Below the pieces are notes generated by a model, which did no database searches, had not been told where the DNA came from, and worked only from the letters and a program-made list of their open reading frames with translations. DNA of 64,000 nucleotides from the NCBI GenBank assembly GCA_038125265.1, contig JAYPDM010000001.1:2830-66829 (forward strand). The letters are read 5' to 3'. The position numbers and the translations under genes are program-made. Each line of letters opens with the position of its first letter. Position 1 is the first letter of the stretch. Positions 34,754 through 45,279 of this stretch are shown piece by piece. The DNA comes from Gammaproteobacteria bacterium. Its GTDB lineage: Bacteria > Pseudomonadota > Gammaproteobacteria > Steroidobacterales > Rariloculaceae.

Positions 34754-37321
34754 CTAATTACAGATAAATTTTTCATCCTTAAAGGTGATGACTATATTTT
34801 TTTCATCATTATCATCAGCTAATAGCTGGTCTGCAACTAAATTTTCAATTTCATGTTCAATCACACGCTTGATCGGTCTTGCTCCAAAAATTGGGTCAAA
34901 ACCTATTTTAGATATTTGCTTAATTGCAAGATCATCAACCGATAATTTAATTCCAAGTTTATCTAACTTTGCTTTTAATTTAGATATCTGTATGACTGTT
35001 ATTTTTTCAATCATCTCCTCGGGTAAAGAATTAAAAACAACAATATCATCTAATCTATTTAAGAATTCAGGCTTAAAGTTATTTTTCAAAATCTCTTGAA
35101 TTGTATTTTCAATTTCCTCATGTTTCTGATTTTGTGCTTTATCTAAGATCTCATGGCTTCCTAGATTTGATGTCATGATGATAATTGTATTTTTAAAGTC
35201 AACCGTTCTTCCTTGCCCGTCTGTGAGCCTTCCATCATCGAGAACTTGAAGAAGAACGTTAAATATATCCTGATGAGCTTTTTCAATTTCATCCAAGAGT
35301 ATTACTGAGAAGGGCTTTCTCCTGACGGACTCTGTGAGTAGACCTCCCTCATCGTAACCGACGTATCCGGGTGGAGCTCCAATTAATCTCGCTACGCTAT
35401 GCTTCTCCATATACTCAGACATATCTATTCGAATCATTGACTGTTCTGAGTCAAAAAGAAATTCTGCAAGAGCTTTTGATAGTTCTGTTTTGCCAACGCC
35501 GGTTGGTCCTAAAAAAAGAAATGAGCCATGGGGCCTTGCCTCATCTGAGATTCCCGCCCTTGCCCTTCTAATGCAAGAAGATACTGTCGTTACCGCAAGG
35601 TCCTGACCAACTACTCTTTTCGCTAATGTCTCTTCCAGGGATAGGAGTTTTTGTTTTTCAGATTGCAACATTTTAGTTACTGGGATGCCAGTCCACTTTG
35701 ATACTATTTCAGCAATTTCGTCTTCAGTTACCTTGCTTCTCAGTAGCTGATAGGTAATATTTTCTTGGGATGCAGCTGCCTCTAATTCCTTCTCAAGCTG
35801 AGGAATCTTGCCGTACTGCAGCTCAGACATTAATGAGAGATCGCCTTGCCTTTTAGCCCTATCAAAATCTAGTCGGGCCTTTTCAAGCGCCTCACGAATA
35901 TGCGTCGCCCCCATCATTTTAGATTTTTCAGCTTTCCACAGCTCAGATAAGTCGGCAAATTCTTTTTCAAGATTGCTTATTGAGAGATCTAGCTTTGAAA
36001 GCCTATCCTTAGATGCTTTGTCTGATTCTTTAGAAAGAGCCTCTTTTTCAATTTTTAATTGAATAATTTTTCTTTCTAAGATGTCTAGCTTTTCAGGCTT
36101 TGAGTCAATCTCAATTCTAATTCTTGAAGCAGCCTCGTCGATCAAGTCAATGGCTTTATCCGGAAGTTGTCTGTCTGCGATGTATCGACTGGATAAATTG
36201 GCCGCACTGATAATGGCTTGATCTGTAATCTCAATACCATGATGCAATTCATACCTTTCCTTTAAGCCCCTCAGGATTGCCACTGTATCTTCTATATTTG
36301 GTTCATGCACCATTATCTTTTGAAACCGCCGTTCTAGGGCTGCATCCTTTTCAAGATTTTTTCGATACTCGTCTATTGTAGTAGCTCCAACACAATGTAA
36401 TTCACCTCTGGCAAGTGCTGGTTTAAGCATATTCCCAGCGTCCATCGCACCCTCTGCTTTCCCCGCGCCTACCATTGTATGAAGCTCATCAATAAAAAGA
36501 ATGACTTCGCCTTGCATAGATTTAAGCTCGCTGAGGACCGCTTTTAGTCTCTCCTCAAAGTCACCTCTAAATTTAGCTCCGGCAATTAATTGACCTAAAT
36601 CTAATGAGAGTATTTTTTTTGATCTAAGTGTTTCAGGAACTTCTCTATTAATAATTCTTAATGCTAGCCCTTCGATGATTGCTGTTTTACCAACACCCGG
36701 CTCACCAATAAGAACAGGATTATTTTTAGTTCTTCTTTGAAGGACCTGTATGGTTCTTCTTATTTCATCGTCTCGCCCAATAACAGGGTCTAATTTTCCT
36801 TCCTCAGCAAGTTTGGTAAGGTCGATGCAATACTTTTTTAAAGCTTGTCTAACGTCTTCATCGGATGCATCACTGACTGTCTTATTCATTCTTATTTTTT
36901 GTATTGATTGTTCAACTATTTTTTCATCTACAGCAAATTGATTTAGGATGGTCTTTAATTCACCCGCCTCTCTAGAAGCTGCAAGTAGGAATGATTCGGT
37001 AGAAATATATTGATCGCCAAGTTTTTGCGAAATTTTTAGAGACACATTAAGAAGGTTATTTAGCTTATTACTAAAGTGAAGTTCTCCACTACTGCCCTCA
37101 ACTCTTGGCAGCGCTTCAATTCTATTTGTTAATTCATTTTTAAGTTGAGAAATATCTAATCCACAACTTGAGAGCAGACTTCTTACGCTACCTTCGCTGT
37201 CCTCTATAAAAGCCATCAATAAATGCACGGGCTCAATAAATTGCTGATCTTTGCTTAGCGCAATCTCTTGTGCATCAGCTAATCCCTGCTTAAATTTATT
37301 TGTAAGCTTATCAATCTTCAT
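34754..37321 (-). CDS. clpB: ATP-dependent chaperone/disaggregase ClpB
   Basis: 855 aa. Two AAA+ modules ([10 protein letters not shown] and [10 protein letters not shown]) separated by a long coiled-coil middle domain. Confidence 0.97.
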   Translation of the reverse strand: MKIDKLTNKFKQGLADAQEIALSKDQQFIEPVHLLMAFIEDSEGSVRSLLSSCGLDISQLKNELTNRIEALPRVEGSSGELHFSNKLNNLLNVSLKISQKLGDQYISTESFLLAASREAGELKTILNQFAVDEKIVEQSIQKIRMNKTVSDASDEDVRQALKKYCIDLTKLAEEGKLDPVIGRDDEIRRTIQVLQRRTKNNPVLIGEPGVGKTAIIEGLALRIINREVPETLRSKKILSLDLGQLIAGAKFRGDFEERLKAVLSELKSMQGEVILFIDELHTMVGAGKAEGAMDAGNMLKPALARGELHCVGATTIDEYRKNLEKDAALERRFQKIMVHEPNIEDTVAILRGLKERYELHHGIEITDQAIISAANLSSRYIADRQLPDKAIDLIDEAASRIRIEIDSKPEKLDILERKIIQLKIEKEALSKESDKASKDRLSKLDLSISNLEKEFADLSELWKAEKSKMMGATHIREALEKARLDFDRAKRQGDLSLMSELQYGKIPQLEKELEAAASQENITYQLLRSKVTEDEIAEIVSKWTGIPVTKMLQSEKQKLLSLEETLAKRVVGQDLAVTTVSSCIRRARAGISDEARPHGSFLFLGPTGVGKTELSKALAEFLFDSEQSMIRIDMSEYMEKHSVARLIGAPPGYVGYDEGGLLTESVRRKPFSVILLDEIEKAHQDIFNVLLQVLDDGRLTDGQGRTVDFKNTIIIMTSNLGSHEILDKAQNQKHEEIENTIQEILKNNFKPEFLNRLDDIVVFNSLPEEMIEKITVIQISKLKAKLDKLGIKLSVDDLAIKQISKIGFDPIFGARPIKRVIEHEIENLVADQLLADDNDEKNIVITFKDEKFICN

Positions 37322-37358
37322 ATCAACAATTTTAGGGTAATTATGAAAATTTCAAGTA

Positions 37359-38087
37359 TTAACTTATCCAAATAATTGAAGCATGTCTGGACCTAGTCTT
37401 ATTGCGTCTGTATGAGTGATACTTATCTTGCATACAAAATGTACAATCTTTTGAGACTGCTACCTTAGAAGCTTTTTGCTTGTTTAATAGTTCGAGACAA
37501 AGACTTCGAATATCGAAAAAATACTTATCATTACTTGCATGCACGAATTTAAGATACCCTACATTTATCAAATTTAAATGATCAATAAAATCTTTTTTGA
37601 CCTCGAAACAATCTATACAAAGTGTCGGTCCTAGCCAAAAGGATAAATTTTTAAAAGATTGCCCGACATGCTTATGTAGGGAATCGATAATGCCATTTAC
37701 AAGCCCCCTCCATCCACAATGTAATATGCCAGCTAACTTTCCATGCTGGTCACAAAACATGAGCGGAAGACAATCTGCCGTGAGCACTACGCAGGGATTA
37801 TCTTTTTGTAAAGTAAACGATCCATCTGCCTCTGGAAAAAAGTCTTTCGACGGCGACTGAATTATATTGATACCATGTACCTGCTTGATAAATGTGGAAT
37901 CATCTACCAGAGGAAGTGCTTTATATAGTCCATTGGAACTAACTGAGCAATTAGGAGTGCCCTCTGGGGCCCTCGAAAGATCAAGATCAATGTGCTGAAG
38001 ATGATTTGTTTTTCTTGATATGAATGCTTTGATATTACTTGGCCTATTCCAATCTTCGTATCCGATTTCCTCAAGTATCGTATTCAT
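37359..38087 (-). CDS. pgeF: YfiH/PgeF-family purine nucleoside phosphorylase / peptidoglycan editing factor (laccase-domain protein)
   Basis: 242 aa. TADCLPL ... HCGWRG ... CTFC ... SYRR motifs. rluD-yfiH-clpB synteny as in E. coli. Confidence 0.85.
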   Translation of the reverse strand: MNTILEEIGYEDWNRPSNIKAFISRKTNHLQHIDLDLSRAPEGTPNCSVSSNGLYKALPLVDDSTFIKQVHGINIIQSPSKDFFPEADGSFTLQKDNPCVVLTADCLPLMFCDQHGKLAGILHCGWRGLVNGIIDSLHKHVGQSFKNLSFWLGPTLCIDCFEVKKDFIDHLNLINVGYLKFVHASNDKYFFDIRSLCLELLNKQKASKVAVSKDCTFCMQDKYHSYRRNKTRSRHASIIWIS

Positions 38088-39036
38088 TCAAAGTGCTCAA
38101 TAAGTGAACCATCTCTTTAGGTACATCAGCTTGCAATTGCAAATCTTCTTCAAGTCGTGGATGAGAAAAAATTATTTGATGCGCATGTAACATTTGTGAT
38201 CTCAAGGAACTGAGAACCTCAATAAATTTAGCATCAGCATTTTTAGGCAGTCTAAGTCTTCCTCCATAAATTTTATCTCCCAATAAAGGAAAGCCTAATT
38301 GAGCCAAATGAACTCTTATCTGATGCGTTCTACCTGTAATGATATTTACATCTAATAAAGCATAGTTATTAAATTTCTCTTTAACAGTAAACTGGGTAAT
38401 AGCCTCTTTCCCATCATCTCTAACTTGCATTTTTTTTCTATCTTTATGGTGTCTACCAATTGGTAAATTAACTTGCTCACCAGCAATGGGCACCCCTTGT
38501 ACAACAGCAAGATATTTCTTTTGAATGTGTCTATTTTTCATTTGCAGGATCAAATGTTGATGTGCAATTAAAGTCTTAGCAATCATTAAAATTCCAGAGG
38601 TATCCTTATCTAGACGATGAACAATCCCAGCCCTTGGAATTTGCTCAAGACTCGAATCGTAAGCTAAGAGTGCATTTTGAAGTGTATTGTCTACGTTACC
38701 TGCACCTGGATGAACAACTAACCCTACTGGCTTGTTAATTGCTAATAAATCATCATCCTCAAAAATAATCTCTAGAGGCATAGGCATTGGCTTAATCTCA
38801 TTGCTTGGATGACTTACTTCAGCATTAATGGTGATGATGTCATTGTTCTGCAGGCTGTAGTCTGAGTCTATAGCACTATCATTAACAAGAATTTGGCCTA
38901 GCTTGATCCACTGTTGTATTCGATTCCTTGATAGCTCCTCGATAGATTTTGCAAGATACTGGTCAATTCTAGTACCCACATTTTCAGACTGAACCTTAAT
39001 GGTTGATGTAAATAAATGCTTTTTTTGATTATTCAT
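38071..39036 (-). CDS. rluD: 23S rRNA pseudouridine synthase RluD
   Basis: 321 aa. S4 domain followed by the HRLDKDTSG catalytic motif and GRTHQIRVH. Confidence 0.92.
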   Translation of the reverse strand: MNNQKKHLFTSTIKVQSENVGTRIDQYLAKSIEELSRNRIQQWIKLGQILVNDSAIDSDYSLQNNDIITINAEVSHPSNEIKPMPMPLEIIFEDDDLLAINKPVGLVVHPGAGNVDNTLQNALLAYDSSLEQIPRAGIVHRLDKDTSGILMIAKTLIAHQHLILQMKNRHIQKKYLAVVQGVPIAGEQVNLPIGRHHKDRKKMQVRDDGKEAITQFTVKEKFNNYALLDVNIITGRTHQIRVHLAQLGFPLLGDKIYGGRLRLPKNADAKFIEVLSSLRSQMLHAHQIIFSHPRLEEDLQLQADVPKEMVHLLSTLNEYDT

Positions 39037-39071
39037 AGAAATTTATGTTTTCAGTATGTAATATTACACAC

Positions 39072-39806
39072 ATGCATCGAGCCGTAAAAAATATCTGTCT
39101 CATAATCAGTATAATTCTCTTCTTAAGCGCTTGCGCAACAAGGCGAGACTTTATATTGCCGGGTGAAGGACCAGAGGTTCTCTATCAAATGGGTTATGAC
39201 GCGATGATTGAGGGCGATTTTCAAGATGCCATAGCTTATTATCGTGCACTGCAGGGAAGATTCCCATTCAGCGCTGCCGCAAGGCAGTCGCAACTAGATA
39301 CCATATATATTCATTTTCGATCAGGTGATCGCGAACTTGCAATCAGCTCGGCTGAAGGATTTGAGTCAGAAAATCCAACACATCCACGAGTTGATTATGC
39401 ACTTTATATGCGAGGTATCTCTTATTTTGATCGAGAGAGGGACTGGCTAGAGAGGCGATTCAATGTTGATTTAAATGTTCGGCCCCCTAGGGATACGATG
39501 CTTGCATTTAGTACCTTTCAAGAATTACTCAGACGATATCCAGACAGTACTTATGCATCAGATAGCAGAAATAGAATGATTTTCCTGAGGGATAGATTAG
39601 CCGCCTATGAAAAAAGTATCGCAGACTTTTATTATGATCGTGGGGCTTATGTGGGCGCTATCAATAGAGCCAATGCTTTAATAGAACGCTATCCTGGAGC
39701 ACCCGTCATAGAAGATAGTCTGATACTAATTCAAAATTCATACTTAGCGCTTGGCTTAAATGATGATGCCAATGCAGTAAACAGGATATTAAATTTAAAT
39801 TTCTAG
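39072..39806 (+). CDS. bamD: Outer-membrane protein assembly factor BamD (lipoprotein)
   Basis: The ORF track gives 39045. The ATG at 39072 gives MHRAVKNICLIISIILFLSACA (lipobox). TPR-like body YPDSTYASDSRNRMIFLRDRLA. Divergent from rluD as in E. coli. Confidence 0.85.
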   Translation: MHRAVKNICLIISIILFLSACATRRDFILPGEGPEVLYQMGYDAMIEGDFQDAIAYYRALQGRFPFSAAARQSQLDTIYIHFRSGDRELAISSAEGFESENPTHPRVDYALYMRGISYFDRERDWLERRFNVDLNVRPPRDTMLAFSTFQELLRRYPDSTYASDSRNRMIFLRDRLAAYEKSIADFYYDRGAYVGAINRANALIERYPGAPVIEDSLILIQNSYLALGLNDDANAVNRILNLNF

Positions 39807-41393
39807 TTAGTATCCTGAGGTAATAGGATATCGCCAGTCCTTCCCAAAAGCCCTTGATGTAATCTTGACTCCTGGAGGTGCCTGCCTTCTTTTATATTCG
39901 TTACGTTTGACTAAATTTAAGACCTTAATGACCGTATTTCTATCAAATCCATTGTTCTCAATTTGATCGACACTGCAATCATGCTCAATAAATAGCTCAA
40001 GTATTGGATCAAGTACATCGTAAGGAGGTAGACTGTCAGTATCCTTTTGCTCTGGAGCTAGTTCTGCCGAAGGTTCCCGCTCGATGACCCTCTTAGGAAT
40101 AATCGATGCAATTGAGTTTACGTATCTCGCAAGCTCGTATACCAATGTTTTGCTGCAGTCCTTAATAGGTGCAAAACCACCCGCCATATCTCCATAAAGC
40201 GTAGAGTATCCTACCGCCATCTCGCTTTTATTTCCCGTCGTCAGAAGCAGTGAATGAAATTTATTTGATAGTGACATTAAAATGAGTCCTCTTATTCTGC
40301 TTTGGATATTTTCCTCTGTAACATCTTTTGCGTATCCATGAAATACATCTCTTAGCGTATGATCAAAAGTATTCATAGCATCAGAGATGTCAATCACATC
40401 AAGTTTAACCTTCAATAAATCTGCTTGGCTTTTAGCATCCTCCACTGACATATTGGAGGTAAACTTCGAAGGCATCATTACTGCCCTTACTCCCTCGGCT
40501 CCAATAGCATCGCAGGCAATAGCTAAAGTTAATGCCGAATCAATACCCCCGGATAATCCCAGGAGAACCGAAGAAAAATTATTTTTTTGAATATAATCCC
40601 TTGTGCCTAAGACCAATGCATTATAAATAAGCTCAATATTATTAATATCTAAAATTTCTTCCTTCTTGCACAAATTTTGAGAGGAAAACTCAAAGCTGAC
40701 CGATCCTTCCTCAAAGGGTTTAGCTCTAATGATTTCTTCTCCGCCTGAATTTAATATAAATGAACTTCCATCAAAAATTAATTCATCTTGACCGCCTACT
40801 AGGTTTACATAAATAACTGGAAGTTCCGTCTCTTTTGATCTTTTTATGGCAAGGGCTCTCCTACTTTCTATTTTGTTACAATCAAAAGGTGAGCCGTTAA
40901 TGACGATAATACAGTCTGTTTTTTCTGAAAAAGATTTAGAAAAAATATTATCATCCCAAAAATCCTCGCAAATAAGTAATGCAAAATTTACTCCTTCATG
41001 ATTAATGAAGTTGGGTTCAATTCCCTCGCTGAAATATCTTTTTTCATCAAACACTGAATAATTGGGAAGGCTTCTTTTTTTATAGATCGATTCGATTTTT
41101 CCATTATGAATATATAGGGCAGCATTAAAAATTTTTCCCTCTTCATAGTAGGGGGTACCCAGAATAAGAGAGACTCCTTCTCTGGTTTTATTTTTTATAA
41201 TGTCTATGGCATTACTTATTCTTTTTTGAATACCCGAATGAAACAATAGATCCTCTGGAGGATATCCGGATAAAGCCAGCTCAGGGAAAATACATAATTG
41301 ACCTTTAGATGCCTCTAAATGGCTTATGATTAAATCACAATTTTTCTCAATATTGCCTACGATTGGATTCAGCTGAATTAAATTGATCCTCAA
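39807..41393 (-). CDS. nadE: Glutamine-dependent NAD+ synthetase
   Basis: 528 aa. N-terminal nitrilase/CN-hydrolase domain ([20 protein letters not shown]) plus the synthetase PP-loop GLSGGIDS. Confidence 0.92.
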   Translation of the reverse strand: MRINLIQLNPIVGNIEKNCDLIISHLEASKGQLCIFPELALSGYPPEDLLFHSGIQKRISNAIDIIKNKTREGVSLILGTPYYEEGKIFNAALYIHNGKIESIYKKRSLPNYSVFDEKRYFSEGIEPNFINHEGVNFALLICEDFWDDNIFSKSFSEKTDCIIVINGSPFDCNKIESRRALAIKRSKETELPVIYVNLVGGQDELIFDGSSFILNSGGEEIIRAKPFEEGSVSFEFSSQNLCKKEEILDINNIELIYNALVLGTRDYIQKNNFSSVLLGLSGGIDSALTLAIACDAIGAEGVRAVMMPSKFTSNMSVEDAKSQADLLKVKLDVIDISDAMNTFDHTLRDVFHGYAKDVTEENIQSRIRGLILMSLSNKFHSLLLTTGNKSEMAVGYSTLYGDMAGGFAPIKDCSKTLVYELARYVNSIASIIPKRVIEREPSAELAPEQKDTDSLPPYDVLDPILELFIEHDCSVDQIENNGFDRNTVIKVLNLVKRNEYKRRQAPPGVKITSRAFGKDWRYPITSGY

Positions 41394-42259
41394 TCCAAGG
41401 CCTTTTTAATAGCATCGCCCAACTCGGCTGGAGATCGCACAGTGATCACACCAGCATGTTCGAGGGCCTTATATTTCTCGTCTGCGGTACCCTTTCCTCC
41501 AGAAACTATGGCGCCTGCATGACCCATTCTTTTTCCAGGGGGAGCGGTTACACCAGCAATATAAGCCACTACAGGCTTACTTACGTGATGTTTAATATAG
41601 TCTGCTGCGGCTTCCTCATCCGTGCCACCAATCTCGCCAACCATAATAATTCCTCTAGTCTTTGGATCTTGCTCAAAAAGCTCAAGGCAATCAATAAAAT
41701 TCATTCCTCGCACTGGATCTCCACCAATGCCGACGCAAGTCGTCTGGCCAAGCCCTACATTGGTTGTTTGATGTACAGCTTCATAGGTTAAGGTCCCAGA
41801 ACGAGAGACAATTCCAATAGAGCCTGGCTGATGAATAAATCCTGGCATGATACCGATTTTTGCCTCCCCAGGCGTGATAATGCCTGGGCAATTAGGCCCA
41901 ATCAATCTGCAGTTATACCTTTGTAAAGCAGACTTTACTTTTACCATGTCAAGCACAGGTACACCCTCTGTGATACATACAATTAACTCTATGCCTGCAT
42001 CAGCTGCTTCCAAAATAGCATCAGCTGTAAACGGTGCTGGCACATAAATCATTGAAACATCTGCGCCGGTTGCATCAACAGCATCTTTGGTTGTATTAAA
42101 TACTGGGACCCCAAGGTGCTCTGTTCCACCTTTACCGGGCGTCACACCTCCAACAATATTTGTTCCATATTTAATACACTGTTCTGTGTGAAAGCTACCT
42201 TGCTTGCCAGTAATTCCCTGACAGATAATTTTAGAATCTTTATTTACAAGAATACTCAT
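41390..42259 (-). CDS. sucD: Succinate--CoA ligase subunit alpha
   Basis: 289 aa. [29 protein letters not shown] and the phosphohistidine motif MGHAGAI. Confidence 0.97.
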   Translation of the reverse strand: MSILVNKDSKIICQGITGKQGSFHTEQCIKYGTNIVGGVTPGKGGTEHLGVPVFNTTKDAVDATGADVSMIYVPAPFTADAILEAADAGIELIVCITEGVPVLDMVKVKSALQRYNCRLIGPNCPGIITPGEAKIGIMPGFIHQPGSIGIVSRSGTLTYEAVHQTTNVGLGQTTCVGIGGDPVRGMNFIDCLELFEQDPKTRGIIMVGEIGGTDEEAAADYIKHHVSKPVVAYIAGVTAPPGKRMGHAGAIVSGGKGTADEKYKALEHAGVITVRSPAELGDAIKKALD

Positions 42260-43425
42260 TTGTCCCCCTTAGCAAGCCTGATTGCATCCTCTGCAGCTTT
42301 TGTTAAATCTGTGGCAGCAACAATTGAGAGACCGCTGTTGGCAAGCAATTGCCTTCCTTGGTCAACATTGGTTCCCTCAAGCCTTACAACAACTGGAATA
42401 GAAACGCCAACTTGTTCGACCGCAGCAATGATGCCCTCTGCAATGAGATCGCATCTAACGATCCCACCAAAAATGTTAACCAGAACAGCCTCAACTTTTT
42501 CATTACTTAATATAATTTTAAAGGCCTCAGCAACTCTTTCAGCCGTAGCACCTCCGCCTACATCCAAGAAATTTGCCGGTTTACCACCTTTGAGCTGGAT
42601 AAGATCCATGGTTGCCATTGCTAGGCCAGCACCATTAACCATGCATGCAATGTTTCCATCTAAGGTTACATAGTTTAGATCATACTTGGCAGCTTCAATC
42701 TCATTAGCATCCTCTTGGGTTAAATCTCTTAATTCTGAGATAGACTTTTGTCGAAAGAGTGCATTGTCTTCAATATTTATTTTTGCATCCAAAGCAATTA
42801 AATTACCCTGCTTGGTGACAATTAATGGGTTAATTTCAATCAAGCTGGCATCTATATCAACAAATAATTTATGTAAATTTTTTAAAATATTAGCGAGCTC
42901 TTTTGACCCAGCATTATCTAACCCAAGCGTATAAGAAATGTTTCTTACTTGATAACCAGATACACCGACAGCAGGATCAATAAGAACTGTGCAAATTTTT
43001 TCTGGCTCCTTTTCTGCAACTTCCTCGATATCCATACCGCCAGCCGCAGAGGCCATAACAATAATTTTTTCTGAGGCTCTATCGACAACTAAACTTAAAT
43101 AAAATTCTTTATCGATATCAGAGCCTTTCTCAATATAAACCTGATTGATAGGCAATCCTTCTGAGGATGATTGATGGGTAACAAGCCTTTTGCCTAACAT
43201 GTCATCACTGTACTGACGGACTTCATTTAAATTTTTAGCTAGTTTTACCCCACCGGCTTTACCTCTGCCGCCAGCATGTACTTGCGCCTTTACCACGCAT
43301 ATGCCATCGCCTAATTTTTCTGCAGCACTGACTGCTTCATCTGCAGAACCTGCAACAATTCCCTTCGGGACAGGAATATCATATTTAGCAAAAATTTCTT
43401 TGGATTGGTATTCGTGAAGATTCAA
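42256..43425 (-). CDS. sucC: Succinate--CoA ligase subunit beta
   Basis: 389 aa. [13 protein letters not shown]-grasp region, [14 protein letters not shown] and [10 protein letters not shown]. Confidence 0.97.
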   Translation of the reverse strand: MNLHEYQSKEIFAKYDIPVPKGIVAGSADEAVSAAEKLGDGICVVKAQVHAGGRGKAGGVKLAKNLNEVRQYSDDMLGKRLVTHQSSSEGLPINQVYIEKGSDIDKEFYLSLVVDRASEKIIVMASAAGGMDIEEVAEKEPEKICTVLIDPAVGVSGYQVRNISYTLGLDNAGSKELANILKNLHKLFVDIDASLIEINPLIVTKQGNLIALDAKINIEDNALFRQKSISELRDLTQEDANEIEAAKYDLNYVTLDGNIACMVNGAGLAMATMDLIQLKGGKPANFLDVGGGATAERVAEAFKIILSNEKVEAVLVNIFGGIVRCDLIAEGIIAAVEQVGVSIPVVVRLEGTNVDQGRQLLANSGLSIVAATDLTKAAEDAIRLAKGDK

Positions 43426-43534
43426 TTTGTGTGCCTATTAGTTATTTAAAGACAGTATTTTCGCTGAATCTTATCAATTAGGCAAAAATTAGTGTAATGT
43501 AATTTTATTGCCGAATGACTGATTAGTATTTTTG

Positions 43535-44119
43535 ATGCTCAAAATTGGATTAACGGGTGGTATAGCCACTGGAAAAAGCTATGTAGCTCAAGCATTTAAA
43601 GATTTAGGTGCTAATTTTATCAGTGCTGATGAAATATCTCATGAAATATCAAAATATCCCAATAAAGGCTTTGATATTTTTGTAAGCCTAATGGGAAAAG
43701 ATATTCTTCTTAATGAAAAATCAATAAATAGAACTGCTGTTAGGGAGCGCATCTTTGCAGATGAGCATTTAAGAAAAAGTCTCGAGCAGCAACTCCATCC
43801 AATTATCCTTGAGCAAATCTTCATTGAAATAAATAATTTTAAAGGGAAGTATGTTCTCATCGAGATTCCCCTTTTGTATGAATGCAAGATTGAAGATGAT
43901 ATGGACATAATTATTGTTGCCTACTGTAGCCGCAAAACTCAATTGGATCGACTCACAAAAAGGGATAACATAGGCGATAGCCTGGCAAATAAGATGATTG
44001 ATGCACAATTGGAGATTGAGTCAAAAAAAGTAAGAGCTGATTATATTATCGATACAGAGCAAGAAACTATCTTAATTAACAAGCAAATAAAAGAATTACA
44101 TAATCATTTTAGTCATTAA
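43535..44119 (+). CDS. coaE: Dephospho-CoA kinase
   Basis: The ORF track starts at TTG 43532. The adjacent ATG at 43535 gives MLKIGLTGGIATGKS (P-loop). Also IPLLYE. Confidence 0.9.
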   Translation: MLKIGLTGGIATGKSYVAQAFKDLGANFISADEISHEISKYPNKGFDIFVSLMGKDILLNEKSINRTAVRERIFADEHLRKSLEQQLHPIILEQIFIEINNFKGKYVLIEIPLLYECKIEDDMDIIIVAYCSRKTQLDRLTKRDNIGDSLANKMIDAQLEIESKKVRADYIIDTEQETILINKQIKELHNHFSH

Positions 44120-44880
44120 TGGATAATCATTTCTTCTTTGAGCACCCTCTTACCGAACGAATGAGATTACTATTGCGCTATGAGTTTCTCTGGAACCAAA
44201 TTTTATTTCATCTTGATCAAGAACATGAATTCAGCTATCGATCTGGAATATCACTACTGGTTGAAATTATAGAGCTGATTGAAAGGGGTGATATTAAAAA
44301 TGAAGTGCTTAAAGAGCTTGATACAAAATCAATCATATTAAGTCATATATTAAAATATCCAGATACTGATGTTGAGCAAACAAATGAATTACTCAATAAG
44401 ATAAGAGCGCTCAAAGATGAGCTTAATGATATAGATAATAACTTTGTTGCTACCCTTAAAAGTTCTCAGCTATTAAATAACATTCGACATAGAATTAGCG
44501 CTCCTGGAGGGCTGCTCTCTTTTGATTTGCCAGAATTTCATAATTGGTTAAGATTTCCTCAAGATAAAAAAACGAGAAGATTATCGAAATGGCTTTCAAA
44601 TCTTCAGGTGCTTGCTGATGCAGTTATTTTTATACTTTGGCTCAATAGAGAATGGATTGAACTTGAGCCAGTCTATGCTGATGATGGCGTCTATAATCAT
44701 CAATTAAATCAAAACTCCAATGTAAGCTTGGTACGAATTGGACTTGATAAAAATAATCTTTACTTTCCTGAGGTAAGCGCAGGTAGGCATAGAATTATTA
44801 TTAGATTTTGCTCTACTAATGATGAAGACAAACCAATACAGATTGATCAGGAGCTTGAATTTTTAATTGGAATGATTTGA
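44119..44880 (+). CDS. zapD: Cell division protein ZapD (YacF/DUF1342)
   Basis: 253 aa. N-terminal FEHPLTERMRLLLRYEFL matches the ZapD signature. coaE-zapD adjacency (TAATG overlap) as in enterobacteria. Confidence 0.8.
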   Translation: MDNHFFFEHPLTERMRLLLRYEFLWNQILFHLDQEHEFSYRSGISLLVEIIELIERGDIKNEVLKELDTKSIILSHILKYPDTDVEQTNELLNKIRALKDELNDIDNNFVATLKSSQLLNNIRHRISAPGGLLSFDLPEFHNWLRFPQDKKTRRLSKWLSNLQVLADAVIFILWLNREWIELEPVYADDGVYNHQLNQNSNVSLVRIGLDKNNLYFPEVSAGRHRIIIRFCSTNDEDKPIQIDQELEFLIGMI

Positions 44881-45279
44881 TAGTTTATCCAATATTTTCT
44901 TATCCCCCTCTAGATAAGGAATATCATAAATCTCCTTAACATCAACCCATCTTAATTCCTGGCCCTCATTTGCATATACATTTCCCTCAAATTCTTTTAC
45001 CAACCAAACATACAAATGGACAAATAGATCCTTATAGGAAAAAAAATATTGCATCAAAAATTCTGAGGATTTTATTTTTATAGAAAGCTCCTCTCGAGCC
45101 TCTCTTAATAAGGCCTGATAGGGTCCTTCATGCCTCTCAACCTTTCCACCAGGAAACTCCCATTGATTCGGTAGTTCCTTTTGGCTATCTCTTAAAGATA
45201 GCAAAATCTGGCCATGCTTATTTTGTAAAATGAAAATTGATACTTGAATAAAATTAGGCACTATAGCTTGCCATGGCAA
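44863..45279 (-). CDS. mutT: 8-oxo-dGTP diphosphatase MutT (NUDIX)
   Basis: 138 aa. NUDIX box [28 protein letters not shown]. Lies downstream of secA as in E. coli. The start is uncertain, since it overlaps secA by 19 nt. Confidence 0.75.
   Translation of the reverse strand: MPWQAIVPNFIQVSIFILQNKHGQILLSLRDSQKELPNQWEFPGGKVERHEGPYQALLREAREELSIKIKSSEFLMQYFFSYKDLFVHLYVWLVKEFEGNVYANEGQELRWVDVKEIYDIPYLEGDKKILDKLSNHSN

Noticed and set aside
43426-43534. Four copies of ATTAG (43437, 43477, 43488, 43522), three extending to ATTAGT, in the sucC/coaE divergent intergenic region
   Set aside because: This is a post hoc 5-mer observation in very AT-rich DNA. There is no consistent spacing or extended consensus, so it is insufficient to call a regulatory repeat.
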